DNA of 24,000 nucleotides from Patescibacteria group bacterium UBA4664. GTDB taxonomy: Bacteria; Patescibacteriota; Saccharimonadia; CAILAD01; BJGX01. The stretch spans positions 3,896 to 27,895 of the forward strand of contig CALRDO010000005.1 of the NCBI GenBank assembly GCA_943354915.1, in the 5' to 3' direction. The notes under the pieces are model-generated. The model saw only the letters and a list, made by a program, of their open reading frames with translations, was not told the origin of the DNA and did not search any database. This document shows, piece after piece, positions 1 to 11,266 of the stretch (the stretch's first letter is position 1; every line of letters starts with the position of its first letter). The position numbers were made by a program, and so were the translations under genes.

Positions 1-1016
1 CGCACTCCTTCCTTGCCAGATTCATCTCGCAAATCAGAAATACCAACTATCTTCTTGCTCTGCACAAGTTCAGCAATTTTTTCAACCAGGCTAGCCTTAT
101 TAGTCTGGTAAGGCACTTCGGTCACAATAATACGCTCACGGCCTTTTTGGTCTTCGGTAATTTCGGCTACGGCTCGCATTACAATAGAGCCCCGGCCGGT
201 ACCATAAGCATGGGCAATAGAACCGTCATCAAATATCACGCCCCCGGTTGGGAAGTCTGGTCCTTTGATGATCTTAATGAGGTCGGCTACGCCGGCTTCT
301 GGGTTGTCAATAAGGTACAACACAGCATCGACAACCTCAGTAAGGTTGTGAGTGGGGATATTAGTGGCCATACCGACTGCTATTCCTTGTACACCATTTA
401 AAAGTAGGTTCGGTACTTTAGCTGGCAAAACCTTTGGTTCGGATTGAGAACCATCATAGTTGGGCATAAAATCGACGGTATCTTTTTCGATATCAAGTAG
501 CATTTCTTCGGCATACTTTGTCATGCGGGCTTCGGTGTATCGATGCGCCGCAGCTCCGTCGCCGTCCATGCTTCCGAAGTTACCCTGACCATCGACCATA
601 CGGTAGCGCATAACCCAATCTTGAGCCATTCTAACCATTGACTCATAAACCGCGACATCGCCGTGCGGGTGGTACTTACCCAAGACTTCACCAACGATTG
701 TGGCAGATTTGCGGAACTTAACATTATGCCTAAGCCCTAGATTATTCATAGCAAAAAGTATTCGTCTATGGACTGGCTTGAGACCATCTCGGACATCAGG
801 TAGAGCTCTAGATACAATTACGCTCATGGCATAATCAAGGTAGCTTTTTTCCATTTCACCTTCGATAGTCTGCGGAGCAACCAGACCAAACTCGGTTTTG
901 ATGGCCTGTCCTTTACCGCTGGCGTTGGCACCACTAACGGGTGCGCTCAGTGAGTCCATTTGTTTCTCTGGTGGTGTGGTTGGTATTGCTTCTGGGTTGG
1001 GGATTTGTTTGTCCAT
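1..1016 (-). CDS. gyrA: DNA gyrase subunit A, N-terminal ~338 aa (gene continues beyond the left edge of the window)
   Basis: Absent from the supplied ORF track because no stop codon lies in the window. My own minus-strand translation from the ATG at 1016-1014 gives [10 protein letters not shown]...[35 protein letters not shown]...[22 protein letters not shown]...[26 protein letters not shown]...[23 protein letters not shown]. These are the canonical GyrA N-terminal, QRDR and active-site Tyr motifs. The start lies 1 nt after the gyrB stop (TAA, 1020-1018). It carries an N-terminal extension of roughly 35 aa relative to E. coli GyrA. An internal Met at residue 20 is an alternative start. Confidence 0.95.
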   Translation of the reverse strand, partial: MDKQIPNPEAIPTTPPEKQMDSLSAPVSGANASGKGQAIKTEFGLVAPQTIEGEMEKSYLDYAMSVIVSRALPDVRDGLKPVHRRILFAMNNLGLRHNVKFRKSATIVGEVLGKYHPHGDVAVYESMVRMAQDWVMRYRMVDGQGNFGSMDGDGAAAHRYTEARMTKYAEEMLLDIEKDTVDFMPNYDGSQSEPKVLPAKVPNLLLNGVQGIAVGMATNIPTHNLTEVVDAVLYLIDNPEAGVADLIKIIKGPDFPTGGVIFDDGSIAHAYGTGRGSIVMRAVAEITEDQKGRERIIVTEVPYQTNKASLVEKIAELVQSKKIVGISDLRDESGKEGV

Positions 1017-1017
1017 C

Positions 1018-3114
<2,097 letters not shown>

Positions 3115-3164
3115 CTATTAATATCGGCCATTAATAAGCCCCTATAAGGCTTGTGTATGTATAT

Positions 3165-3193
3165 ATTATAAGGGATTAGCAACCTCTAATCAA
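3165..3193 (-). promoter_or_regulatory. Candidate sigma70-type promoter for gyrB-gyrA
   Basis: Minus strand reads TTGATT (3193-3188), a 17-nt spacer, then TATAAT (3170-3165). This predicts a leader of roughly 60-68 nt. That leader contains an A/T-only hairpin, TATTAAT-N7-ATTAATA, at 3117-3137. Confidence 0.35.
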
Positions 3194-3231
3194 TCTATTT
3201 ATAGCTGTATGGGTACTCAAAACAGCTAAGC

Positions 3232-5667
3232 CTACAAGCCTAGAGCGTCTTTAATGGCCTGGCTGACTTCCTGTTTTGGCCTGGCGTAGTTAGCTCTACT
3301 TAACTCCACCATTTTTGCAAACTCCTCTGGCCTAGGTACCCCCAGTGGTGGCATGATTTCTTTTAATGAAAAGGGCGTAGATGGCACTCCGCCAATAATA
3401 ATCTTAGTAGCAGCATAATGGTTCTGGATATTAACTAAGTCAGATTCATCAAACGAAGGAGCAAATTGTTTTACAAGATATTCGGCATCATCTGGCCCTA
3501 CTCTAAAACTAATTATTGAACCAACATTCCCAAATACCGAATCCCTAACCTTTTCGTCTAGCTGAGAAATAAACTGGTTGGCCATAATTAGGCTTAAGCG
3601 GTATTTACGGGCTTCTGACAATATCGTAGCGATAGAGTCGGTTGAATAATTTTGGAACTCATCGATGTATAAACTAAAGTCTCGGCGCTGGTCCTCGGGG
3701 GTATCAGCTCTACTCATTGCGGCTATTTGGAATTTGATTATAAAAATAATCCCTAATAGTTGTGAATTAATATCCCCGAGCAGCCCCTTCGATAAATTAA
3801 CAAATAAAATTTTACCATCGTCCATAATATCACGTAGGTCAAAGGCTGATTTTTTTTGACCAACGATATTACGCATTACTTCATTATTGGCAAAAGCACC
3901 AAACTTCGATACGAACCAGCCGAGCATTTCTGACTTTGAATGCTGGTCGGTCTGAGCCATTTCGCCTGTCCAGAAATCCTGAATAATGGGGTCTTTAACA
4001 TGCTTGAATTTTTTCTTTAAATAATTATCATCCGTAAAAACTTTTGGGATTTCAATGAAAGTACCGCCTTCTGGATCGGCCATGACAGTTAAGGCCGCAT
4101 TCCTAAACCAGGCTTCAAACCTTGGTCCCATAAAACCTTGCCGGTTGGGGTCATAAATTTTATATAACATTGATATTGCTTCCTGTACTAAGAAATCTTT
4201 TTGTTCTGGATGGGCAGGGTCAAATTCCATAATATTCCAGCCCATCGGATTCTCAGTATCACCAGGATTAAAATAGATAACATCCTTGACTCTCTCTGGT
4301 GGAACCTTAGCCATCAGTTTCTCAGCCGTATCGCCGTGCGGATCGATAAAAGCCACGCCCTTGCCAGCATACATATCTTGAACAATACAATTCTCCAAAA
4401 AAACCGATTTACCCGTGCCGGTTTGGCCAATAATATATAAATGCCTTCGGCGATCATCATCGGAGAGTCTAATAATCTCTTCCTTGCCCTGATAGATGTT
4501 TGTCCCCAAAATTATACCCGTTTCGCTAATGGCCGCAGGTGCTGCTGCCTCCTTCATGCCAGTTCTTTCAACCTGGGCAGACATTTCGATTGTTTCACTT
4601 GGTAAATGGAATACCGTAGCTAGCTCAACTGTATTTAAAACAAGCCTATTTTTGTTGGCAGGAAAATACCTAAATATAAAATTAGTTGCCAATTCCTCGA
4701 CATTATCGGCCTTCTTAAATTCAAATGAGTTAGAGTTATTTAGTGTCATCTGGGCAAAACCCAGCTTAATACTGTCAACTATACCCTCTGCGGCTATGAG
4801 CTCATCGGAGCTTGCGACCACCCTCATAAGAGTCTCAAATACGGGATATTTTGACTTTTCTTCTAACAGTTCAATTTCTTTTTGCTCAAGCATATTGGGC
4901 TGTTTGTCACTCTTGGGTTGAGCCTCTTCTGATTTAGTACCCTTAAATGGTGCCTTAGCGACTTCCCCTGCTATGCCGATAATCTTCTCGCTCCCTTCTT
5001 TTTTATCAGGGTCCAAAATTCGCTTAGCAGCTGCCCTAGACGTCTTCAGCCACTTAGGGCTAGCCGGCCTAATTAGTATCTGGATAGCTGCGCCATCGGT
5101 ATCGTTTAAATTAGAGAGGCCCGATAGTATGCCCGACAAGGCATCTTGTTCGCTCATTTGATAATTTTGAATAGGGTAGTAGCTAGATTTTTTGAGTTCA
5201 AATTCTCCACCTGCCACGCCGCTTATTTTTGATTCTTTAGAAAAGAAATTAACTTCCTCTTTTTGTTCAATTTGAATGCCGGGATAACCCGAAGCAAGTG
5301 CTTTTTTAATCGGCTCCAATAAACTCACCGGCACAGCTACATAAAAAAATATCTGCTTGGCTTTTGCTACAATCTCAAAGCCCACATAACGCTGGCCATG
5401 GACCTTAGAATGTTTAGCCGCTATCCCAGATAATAACCTGTAAACTCCCTCGGCCTTAGCGATATTTGTTTGAATTTGTTCGTGGCCATCTCTGCCATCC
5501 TTAGTTGCTTCCCTAGGGGGAATTTTAATTAGTAGCGGAACTAATTTTAGGCTTCTCTCGACTGCCTTAGATTTACGGGAACTTTTTAGGATTAAAATAA
5601 CTGCCATCACAATAAAAACCATCAATGCTACTGCTATTAAAATAATGATTAACAAGAAATTATCCAT
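3232..5667 (-). CDS. Membrane-anchored FtsK/HerA-superfamily P-loop ATPase, TraG/VirD4 (type IV coupling protein)-like
   Basis: 811-aa ORF with an N-terminal TM helix (LLIIILIAVALMVFIVMAVILIL). Walker A is GQTGTGKS (4405-4428). Walker B is LYIDEFQNY (the DE codons are at 3658-3663). The downstream ARKYRLSLIMANQFISQL motif is typical of TraG/TraD/VirD4-like ATPases. The roughly 400-aa region between the TM helix and the ATPase is uncharacterised. Confidence 0.7.
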   Translation of the reverse strand: MDNFLLIIILIAVALMVFIVMAVILILKSSRKSKAVERSLKLVPLLIKIPPREATKDGRDGHEQIQTNIAKAEGVYRLLSGIAAKHSKVHGQRYVGFEIVAKAKQIFFYVAVPVSLLEPIKKALASGYPGIQIEQKEEVNFFSKESKISGVAGGEFELKKSSYYPIQNYQMSEQDALSGILSGLSNLNDTDGAAIQILIRPASPKWLKTSRAAAKRILDPDKKEGSEKIIGIAGEVAKAPFKGTKSEEAQPKSDKQPNMLEQKEIELLEEKSKYPVFETLMRVVASSDELIAAEGIVDSIKLGFAQMTLNNSNSFEFKKADNVEELATNFIFRYFPANKNRLVLNTVELATVFHLPSETIEMSAQVERTGMKEAAAPAAISETGIILGTNIYQGKEEIIRLSDDDRRRHLYIIGQTGTGKSVFLENCIVQDMYAGKGVAFIDPHGDTAEKLMAKVPPERVKDVIYFNPGDTENPMGWNIMEFDPAHPEQKDFLVQEAISMLYKIYDPNRQGFMGPRFEAWFRNAALTVMADPEGGTFIEIPKVFTDDNYLKKKFKHVKDPIIQDFWTGEMAQTDQHSKSEMLGWFVSKFGAFANNEVMRNIVGQKKSAFDLRDIMDDGKILFVNLSKGLLGDINSQLLGIIFIIKFQIAAMSRADTPEDQRRDFSLYIDEFQNYSTDSIATILSEARKYRLSLIMANQFISQLDEKVRDSVFGNVGSIISFRVGPDDAEYLVKQFAPSFDESDLVNIQNHYAATKIIIGGVPSTPFSLKEIMPPLGVPRPEEFAKMVELSRANYARPKQEVSQAIKDALGL

Positions 5668-5673
5668 TTGATA

Positions 5674-6075
5674 TTACTCGATATCCAAATTAAATCTTTT
5701 TTTCAAATATGCCCGACTTAAACTATGTTGAGCCTCGTCCTCAAAATATGGGTCATTATTGGTTTTTGCAACAATCTCATTGGCCTTAGTAACCCACTCC
5801 TTTTCGATTGAGCCCGAATCCTCGGCTGGTAGCTGGGCGAGTTGATTCTCAAAATTATTACTACCATCTTGTGGGGTTTGGGCTGGTCGCTCTAAATGCT
5901 GGGCACTACCGAGTGGTTCGGCTAACTGCGTGTTATGGGTCAGGCCTGGCGAGGGTGATACTGGGCTTATAATTTCAGATTTCGGCGGTATATTCTTGGT
6001 ATTTTTCTCAACATTAATCCCCTCCACACTATTAGTAGACTCAACAGAACCAGTCTTTTGCTCATCTGGCTTCAT
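5674..6075 (-). CDS. Hypothetical small protein (133 aa, low-complexity/Pro-Ser-rich N-terminal half), likely co-transcribed with the downstream ATPase
   Basis: The ORF ends 6 nt before the ATPase start. I recognise no motif. It is supported only by position and by an extended -10 element directly upstream. Confidence 0.45.
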   Translation of the reverse strand: MKPDEQKTGSVESTNSVEGINVEKNTKNIPPKSEIISPVSPSPGLTHNTQLAEPLGSAQHLERPAQTPQDGSNNFENQLAQLPAEDSGSIEKEWVTKANEIVAKTNNDPYFEDEAQHSLSRAYLKKRFNLDIE

Positions 6076-6082
6076 AGCAATA

Positions 6083-6091
6083 ATTATAGCA
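6083..6091 (-). promoter_or_regulatory. Extended -10 element TGCTATAAT, 7 nt upstream of the ATG at 6075 (leaderless configuration)
   Basis: Plus strand attatagca at 6083-6091 is TGCTATAAT on the minus strand. The 7-nt gap (6076-6082) places the expected transcription start at or next to the start codon. No Shine-Dalgarno sequence is present. Confidence 0.35.
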
Positions 6092-6119
6092 GTTATGCTT
6101 GCTAGCCACTAGAGCACAG

Positions 6120-7589
6120 CTAATAGTGGATCCAAACTGGCGTGCCGATATCAGCCCAGCCAAATAAGAAGGCGGCTGAACTCTTAGGCATATTGACGCA
6201 ACCATGACTCCCCCCGTAATAATAGTCTTGCCCGCCAAAACTACTCCGCCAGTCGGCGTCGTGCAAGCCGTAGCCTGCATAAAATGGCATCCAATAATCA
6301 ACATAGACATTGTAATCCCATCCATATGGCCGGCCGTTAAGATAGCGGCTGGTTTCTTTAGCATAAATACTAAATAAACCAGTTACCGTAGGGAAGCCTG
6401 CTCCAGTAGCTCCGCTAGTTATAGCCGTAGAAAAGATTGCTTGATTATCCTGGTAAGCCCAAAGTGTCTGGCTTGACAGGTTAATCTCTATATATCGACC
6501 ATAGTCCAGGCTAACAGATCGGTTCGTCTCGGTCTGAAAAGGAACCGGCTGTGACTGCAGATTAATTGAGACGCTATTGGTTTTAATGTTACTAATGATT
6601 TCATCAACGGCAGCATCTTGAATAATTACTGTGCCGTTTTGGCCTTCTTGCTCGACTGAACTTGCCCCGTTACGAATATTAACCTTCTTATTTCTAGGAG
6701 CAACATCTACTTGGTTGGCGACCGACTGCAGATAGCCCTTAACCTGCTCCCGCGAGAGATCAACCGCGAGGGTAACCTTGCCATCTGGGCTAACAGCATG
6801 GCTAAATACTAACCAATGCCCCATTGCGGTCTTGTCTGGTACAAACTGCCGACCTTCATAATTTAGCACAGCAGTGCGTGATAATATCTCCTCTGCCGAC
6901 TGCTTGGAGCTAGCTATATCGCTAGCTAAAAACGGCGCCTTAATTAAGACCGGTTCGAGCTTAAGGTTACGATCTTTGCCGTCTGCAATTGAACTGCTAA
7001 TGATAGAGGTTAATAAATTCTGATCGACCCTAAAGCCATCCGTATCGGGGACTACCTCTAGGCGTCCTTCAACTGCCTTCAATGTGGCATTAACAGGGTC
7101 GACCCCCACCACCGACACTACCTTAGTGGTAAATTTTTTAAGCTCATCTCGATTAATACTATAGGCATACCCTAGCTGTCCCCTTTTATCGGCATCAAAA
7201 AAACCTAGTAGCGCTATGGGGCTAGAATGCCCAACATCATAGGCAAGCTTGAGGGTCTCATCTAACTCATACCTGGCTCCCAGGTCGCTACCTGTAACAG
7301 AAAATTTATGGTCACCAACCTCTACGGTAAATTCTCTTTCCTTTTGCATACCAGCTAATATCTTCCGGGCTTCGTTTTGGGTCTTAAAGCTCAGGTCAGT
7401 GCCAGAAACCGATACGCCGGGGAAAATTACCCCAAGTGTAAAAACACTAACCAATAAATTCATCAGTACAAATGCAATTACAGTGCCTACCAGTATGAAC
7501 CAAATTCTAGATACCATAGAGGGTTTTTGACCACTTCTAGAGAGTATTGGCGGTAAGCTTAAAAAATGCGAGTGAGGTTTATTGCCCAT
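6120..7589 (-). CDS. L,D-transpeptidase (YkuD domain) with an N-terminal membrane anchor and a YoaR/VanW-type putative peptidoglycan-binding region
   Basis: 489-aa ORF with a TM helix (IWFILVGTVIAFVLMNLLVSVFTLGVIF). The C-terminal YkuD catalytic signature is GLHDADWRSSFGG...GGSHGCVNMP (His...Ser-His-Gly-Cys). The start could instead be the internal Met at MVSRIWF. Confidence 0.85.
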   Translation of the reverse strand: MGNKPHSHFLSLPPILSRSGQKPSMVSRIWFILVGTVIAFVLMNLLVSVFTLGVIFPGVSVSGTDLSFKTQNEARKILAGMQKEREFTVEVGDHKFSVTGSDLGARYELDETLKLAYDVGHSSPIALLGFFDADKRGQLGYAYSINRDELKKFTTKVVSVVGVDPVNATLKAVEGRLEVVPDTDGFRVDQNLLTSIISSSIADGKDRNLKLEPVLIKAPFLASDIASSKQSAEEILSRTAVLNYEGRQFVPDKTAMGHWLVFSHAVSPDGKVTLAVDLSREQVKGYLQSVANQVDVAPRNKKVNIRNGASSVEQEGQNGTVIIQDAAVDEIISNIKTNSVSINLQSQPVPFQTETNRSVSLDYGRYIEINLSSQTLWAYQDNQAIFSTAITSGATGAGFPTVTGLFSIYAKETSRYLNGRPYGWDYNVYVDYWMPFYAGYGLHDADWRSSFGGQDYYYGGSHGCVNMPKSSAAFLFGWADIGTPVWIHY

Positions 7590-7625
7590 GCTATCTATAT
7601 TATAAACAATTTTGCCCGTTATTGG

Positions 7626-10265
7626 CTATAATACTCGAGCTTTTATTTTTGAGCGGATAAGCTTAGTGGCTAGGCTTATTTTTTCATTTATTTGTGCTGA
7701 TGTTGGGTTGGGCCCCAAGTCGATACCAATTGTTATTGTTAAGCGCTTTTTTGAACTCTTTTTTAGTTCATCATTTTGGAATTCTACCTTATACTGCACC
7801 GAATAAAACTTATTTACCAAAAGCTTACTAATGCTCTGATAGATAGTTATATCAGCTAATTCTATTGTTAAGTCCCGATAGATTATTTGATAAGTTGGGC
7901 GGGGAAGAGCTATTGGTTCGGTCTTCGATTCTATAATTTTTTGGATTTCAATACTCATCATTGATACCTCGGTATCAATTTCGTATTGCCTTAAGGTAGC
8001 AGGGGAGAGTTGCCCGAATTCCCCTAGCCTCGGCAAAATTGATCCACTTCGATTTGGGATGTATAGCTTACTGACTATGCGAGCTACCACCAACTCCTGT
8101 CGCTGCCAGCCAAACAGGTTGTCTAGTACTCCCTTAATTCTAGCTAAACTATGCCCATGCCAAATGCTCACGGTCAGTACCCACTTCTCTTTTGGAGATG
8201 GCTGTGACTGCTCATAAACACGGCTGATTTCAAAAATGCCATCATGGCTACTAGTTTGGTTTGTACTAACTACCCTCAAGTGGCTACTAATAAGGTTGGT
8301 GCGTAAGAAGTCTTGCTCACTACTAAGCGGGTTTTCGATTTGAAGGTTTTTAGCACTATCGCCGCTAATATTGTCTACATCAAACTTCGACACAAATGAA
8401 TAGGTCATGACTTCAACGAGCCCTAATGCCGAGAGCTTTTCTCTAATCACCATTAGGGAGGGGAGTAGCTGATGGTCGGTGGTATTAGAGTTTTGGATTT
8501 CAGGCAAAGTCGCAGGCATCACTGCGTAGCCTAGAGACTTAGCAACTTCCTCAAATAAATCTGACTCTATTGAGATATCATTTCTCCACCATGGTACTTC
8601 AACAGATATGATGTGGTTAAAATTCTCTAAATATCTTCTTCCGCCAAGAAATAATTTTGATTTAGTATATTTAGTTACTGGCACAATGGAGGTCTTGCCA
8701 GTTAAATTCATTACTCTGTTTTTCCCAATAAAAATACCAGCGCCGGCTGGCACCAGCTTGGCTTTGGGCTCTCCAGAGGATAAAAATAGAACATCGCCAG
8801 GCTTTAAGCTAATATCGGGGACTTCCATACCTGACTTAATTTGATCTTTTAAACTAGCTCCTATCAATATCCCGGCGCTCGCAAATAGCTGGCTCAATAC
8901 TTCTGCACCAGCACTAGGTTCTAGCTTACTGCCTAAAGCCTTAACCGACTTGGTCAGTGAAAAATGTACCGGCTTAAAACCGCGCTTAGCAAATATCTGG
9001 ATAACTTCTTTCTCATCTAGCTTAAAGCCTAAGACCTTCTCGGCTTTTCTTATTCGCATACCTAATTTAAAAGAATTATATTCCAGCTCGACCTGGCGGG
9101 TAGGGGAGTCAATAACTTCAGCATTACAAATAGACTGCAGTAAACCAATAATTCTTCTGGTTGCAAAATCTGGGAGGGGAAGAGGGAGGCCTCGTTCGAA
9201 CCGTGATGATGCCTCAGTTCTAATGCCGTGGCGTAAAGCTGATTTTCTAATGGTAGTTTTATCAAAATTGGCGACCTCAATCCAAATTTCTGACGTGTCG
9301 CTACTGGTCGCGGTATTTTGACCACCAATAACACCTGCTAATCCGATGGGGCCAGAGTTATCCACAACCACTAAATCCTGGCTACTAAGATTGATAAGCT
9401 TGCCCTCTAGGGTCGTGAGTGCTTCACCAGGCCTCGCAAAGCGTACACCAAAATCTCCAGAAATCTTACTGGCATCATAGGCATGAGCAGGCTGCCCATA
9501 CTCAAGCATCACAAAGTTTGTAATGTCCACAACAGCATTAATTGTTCTTAAGCCTGCCGATTGTAAGTTATCCACAAGCCATGGAGGGCTAGGTGCGTCT
9601 GGGCTTACCCTTAGCTTAGTTAAATAAAAAGCATGGCACTGCCCGCTTTGCTTGACTTTTGCCACTTCTCTGTCCTGATATGTTATTTTAGCGATATCAG
9701 GTTCAATAAGACTATTATCAGATTGAGTAGCTGAAATTTCACGGGCTAGACCGATGTAAGAGAGGTAGTCCCAGCGGTTCGAGGGGGTCTTAATGTCTAT
9801 CACATCGCTAATTTTATCGATGTCGCACAATGGTTGCCCAAGCGGTAGGCTAGGGGGGAGCACTACTATGCCGCTATGGTCTTCGCCCCACCCCATTTCT
9901 AATTCCGAGCATAGCATCCCATGTGACCTCTCCCCTCTAATTTCTACTTCCTTTATTTCATCCCCACTAGGCAGGATTGTGCCTACCTGTGCTAGTGCAA
10001 CTATAATATTAGCTTCAATATTCGTGGCGCCGCAAACGACACTAACCACGCCTATGCCGGTGTCAACTTTAGCAATTTTGAGCTTATTGGCATTAGGGTG
10101 CAAAGTAACCTCGAGGACTCTGGCGACAATTATTTTTGCATCAAGTTTTTTCGCATACAGTATTTCTTCAACTTCTACTTCTGTCAATTCTAATGCCTCG
10201 GCCATAGCTTCGGTACTTAATCTTTTTTTAAGATATGAATTAGTTAATTTAGTACTAATTTTCAT
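7626..10265 (-). CDS. pheT: Phenylalanine--tRNA ligase beta subunit, unusually long (879 aa) because of an internal insertion
   Basis: N-terminal tRNA-binding domain (IIVARVLEVTLHPNANKLKIAKVDTG...VCGATN). B3/4 region (NAVVDITNFVMLEYGQPAHAYD). B5 region (LGFKLDEKEVIQIFAKRGF ... VPWWRNDISIESDLFEEVAKSLGY). The ATG at 10265 directly abuts the pheS stop codon (10266-10268). Confidence 0.95.
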   Translation of the reverse strand: MKISTKLTNSYLKKRLSTEAMAEALELTEVEVEEILYAKKLDAKIIVARVLEVTLHPNANKLKIAKVDTGIGVVSVVCGATNIEANIIVALAQVGTILPSGDEIKEVEIRGERSHGMLCSELEMGWGEDHSGIVVLPPSLPLGQPLCDIDKISDVIDIKTPSNRWDYLSYIGLAREISATQSDNSLIEPDIAKITYQDREVAKVKQSGQCHAFYLTKLRVSPDAPSPPWLVDNLQSAGLRTINAVVDITNFVMLEYGQPAHAYDASKISGDFGVRFARPGEALTTLEGKLINLSSQDLVVVDNSGPIGLAGVIGGQNTATSSDTSEIWIEVANFDKTTIRKSALRHGIRTEASSRFERGLPLPLPDFATRRIIGLLQSICNAEVIDSPTRQVELEYNSFKLGMRIRKAEKVLGFKLDEKEVIQIFAKRGFKPVHFSLTKSVKALGSKLEPSAGAEVLSQLFASAGILIGASLKDQIKSGMEVPDISLKPGDVLFLSSGEPKAKLVPAGAGIFIGKNRVMNLTGKTSIVPVTKYTKSKLFLGGRRYLENFNHIISVEVPWWRNDISIESDLFEEVAKSLGYAVMPATLPEIQNSNTTDHQLLPSLMVIREKLSALGLVEVMTYSFVSKFDVDNISGDSAKNLQIENPLSSEQDFLRTNLISSHLRVVSTNQTSSHDGIFEISRVYEQSQPSPKEKWVLTVSIWHGHSLARIKGVLDNLFGWQRQELVVARIVSKLYIPNRSGSILPRLGEFGQLSPATLRQYEIDTEVSMMSIEIQKIIESKTEPIALPRPTYQIIYRDLTIELADITIYQSISKLLVNKFYSVQYKVEFQNDELKKSSKKRLTITIGIDLGPNPTSAQINEKISLATKLIRSKIKARVL

Positions 10266-11261
10266 TTAAAATTGCTCCAAAAATTCTATTTTTGGTCTCC
10301 AAAGCTGACGAAGATCATCAATATTATACTTTATTACTGCGATCCTCTCCACTCCCCACCCAAAAGCAAACCCACTATATTGTTCTGTATCAATGCCTCC
10401 CTTTTTTAAAACATCTGGGTGCACCATACCGGCTCCGCCCAGCTCTAGCCACTTGCCATTATATTTAGCATCTAACTCTACGGATGGCTCAGTATATGGA
10501 AAATAGCTAGGCCTGAATCTTATTTCTGTTTCCTTGCCGAGCTGCCGTTTAACAATTTGCAATAGGGCTCCTTTAAGGTTTGCCATACTCACTCCTTTCC
10601 CAACCACCAAGCCCTCTACCTGGTTAAATGACCAGGAGTGTGTAGCGTCCTCGTTTTCACTTCTAAAGACTTTACCCGGGACAATAATCTTAAACGGTGG
10701 TTTATTTTCTAGCATAAACCTAACCTGCATTCCTGAAGTATGGGTTCTTGGTAAAAATTTTTGATTGCTATTTTTAATATAAAACGTGTCTTGCATCTCT
10801 CTTGCCGGGTGCGTTGCAGGCATATTCAAGGCTTCAAAATTAAACCAGTCCGACTCGATTTCTGGGCTATCAACAATAGCAAAGCCTAATTCTGTAAATA
10901 TCTGATAAGTTTCCTTTAGCACTAAGCTAACTGGGTGCAAGTGTCCAACCCTTGACTCGCTAGATAAACTTTTCCCGGGGCTACTAATATCGAATGGTTG
11001 ATATTGAGTTTGGTTCTCTAAGTCTTCGAGCCTGGTTTGCGCAGAAGCTAGCACAGCTTCTATCGACTCCTTTAGGCTATTTAGTTCCCGCCCCAGTTTA
11101 GCCCTTTGGGCCCCCTTGAGCTGAGCTAAATCGGCCATTGCACTAGCCAATAAGCTTTTCTTGCCGAGATATTTTGATCGTAAAAGAACAAGATCCTTCT
11201 TATTTTTTAGCTTAAGTGAGCTACTTTTAATCTCACCAATAATGCTGGCTGACTTGATCAT
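10266..11261 (-). CDS. pheS: Phenylalanine--tRNA ligase alpha subunit
   Basis: 331-aa ORF with an N-terminal coiled-coil. Class II core motifs are present (HPVSLVLKE, PATHPAREMQDTFY, LPRTHTSGMQVR, VFRSENEDATHSWSFNQVEG, FRPSYFPYTEPSVE, GAGMVHP, GFAFGWGVERIA). Confidence 0.95.
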   Translation of the reverse strand: MIKSASIIGEIKSSSLKLKNKKDLVLLRSKYLGKKSLLASAMADLAQLKGAQRAKLGRELNSLKESIEAVLASAQTRLEDLENQTQYQPFDISSPGKSLSSESRVGHLHPVSLVLKETYQIFTELGFAIVDSPEIESDWFNFEALNMPATHPAREMQDTFYIKNSNQKFLPRTHTSGMQVRFMLENKPPFKIIVPGKVFRSENEDATHSWSFNQVEGLVVGKGVSMANLKGALLQIVKRQLGKETEIRFRPSYFPYTEPSVELDAKYNGKWLELGGAGMVHPDVLKKGGIDTEQYSGFAFGWGVERIAVIKYNIDDLRQLWRPKIEFLEQF

Positions 11262-11266
11262 TAGAT

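Noticed and set aside
3665-5161. Plus-strand ORFs inside the ATPase gene (3665-3859, 4201-4440, 4496-4921, 4973-5161).
   Set aside because: They are antisense shadows of a long, motif-bearing minus-strand CDS. Their composition is low-complexity and Ser/Leu/Ile-rich, typical of antisense frames.
6062-6364. 100-aa minus-strand ORF overlapping the 3' end of the L,D-transpeptidase gene.
   Set aside because: It is out of frame with the YkuD catalytic region, which carries the true signal (SHGCVNMP). Its start would also overlap the 133-aa ORF.
7249-10764. Plus-strand and out-of-frame track ORFs within the L,D-transpeptidase gene, pheT and pheS (7249-7530, 7612-7806, 8608-8844, 8950-9321, 9062-9334, 9793-10269, 10534-10764).
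   Set aside because: They are embedded in or overlap confidently identified coding sequences. They show no motifs and have antisense-type composition.
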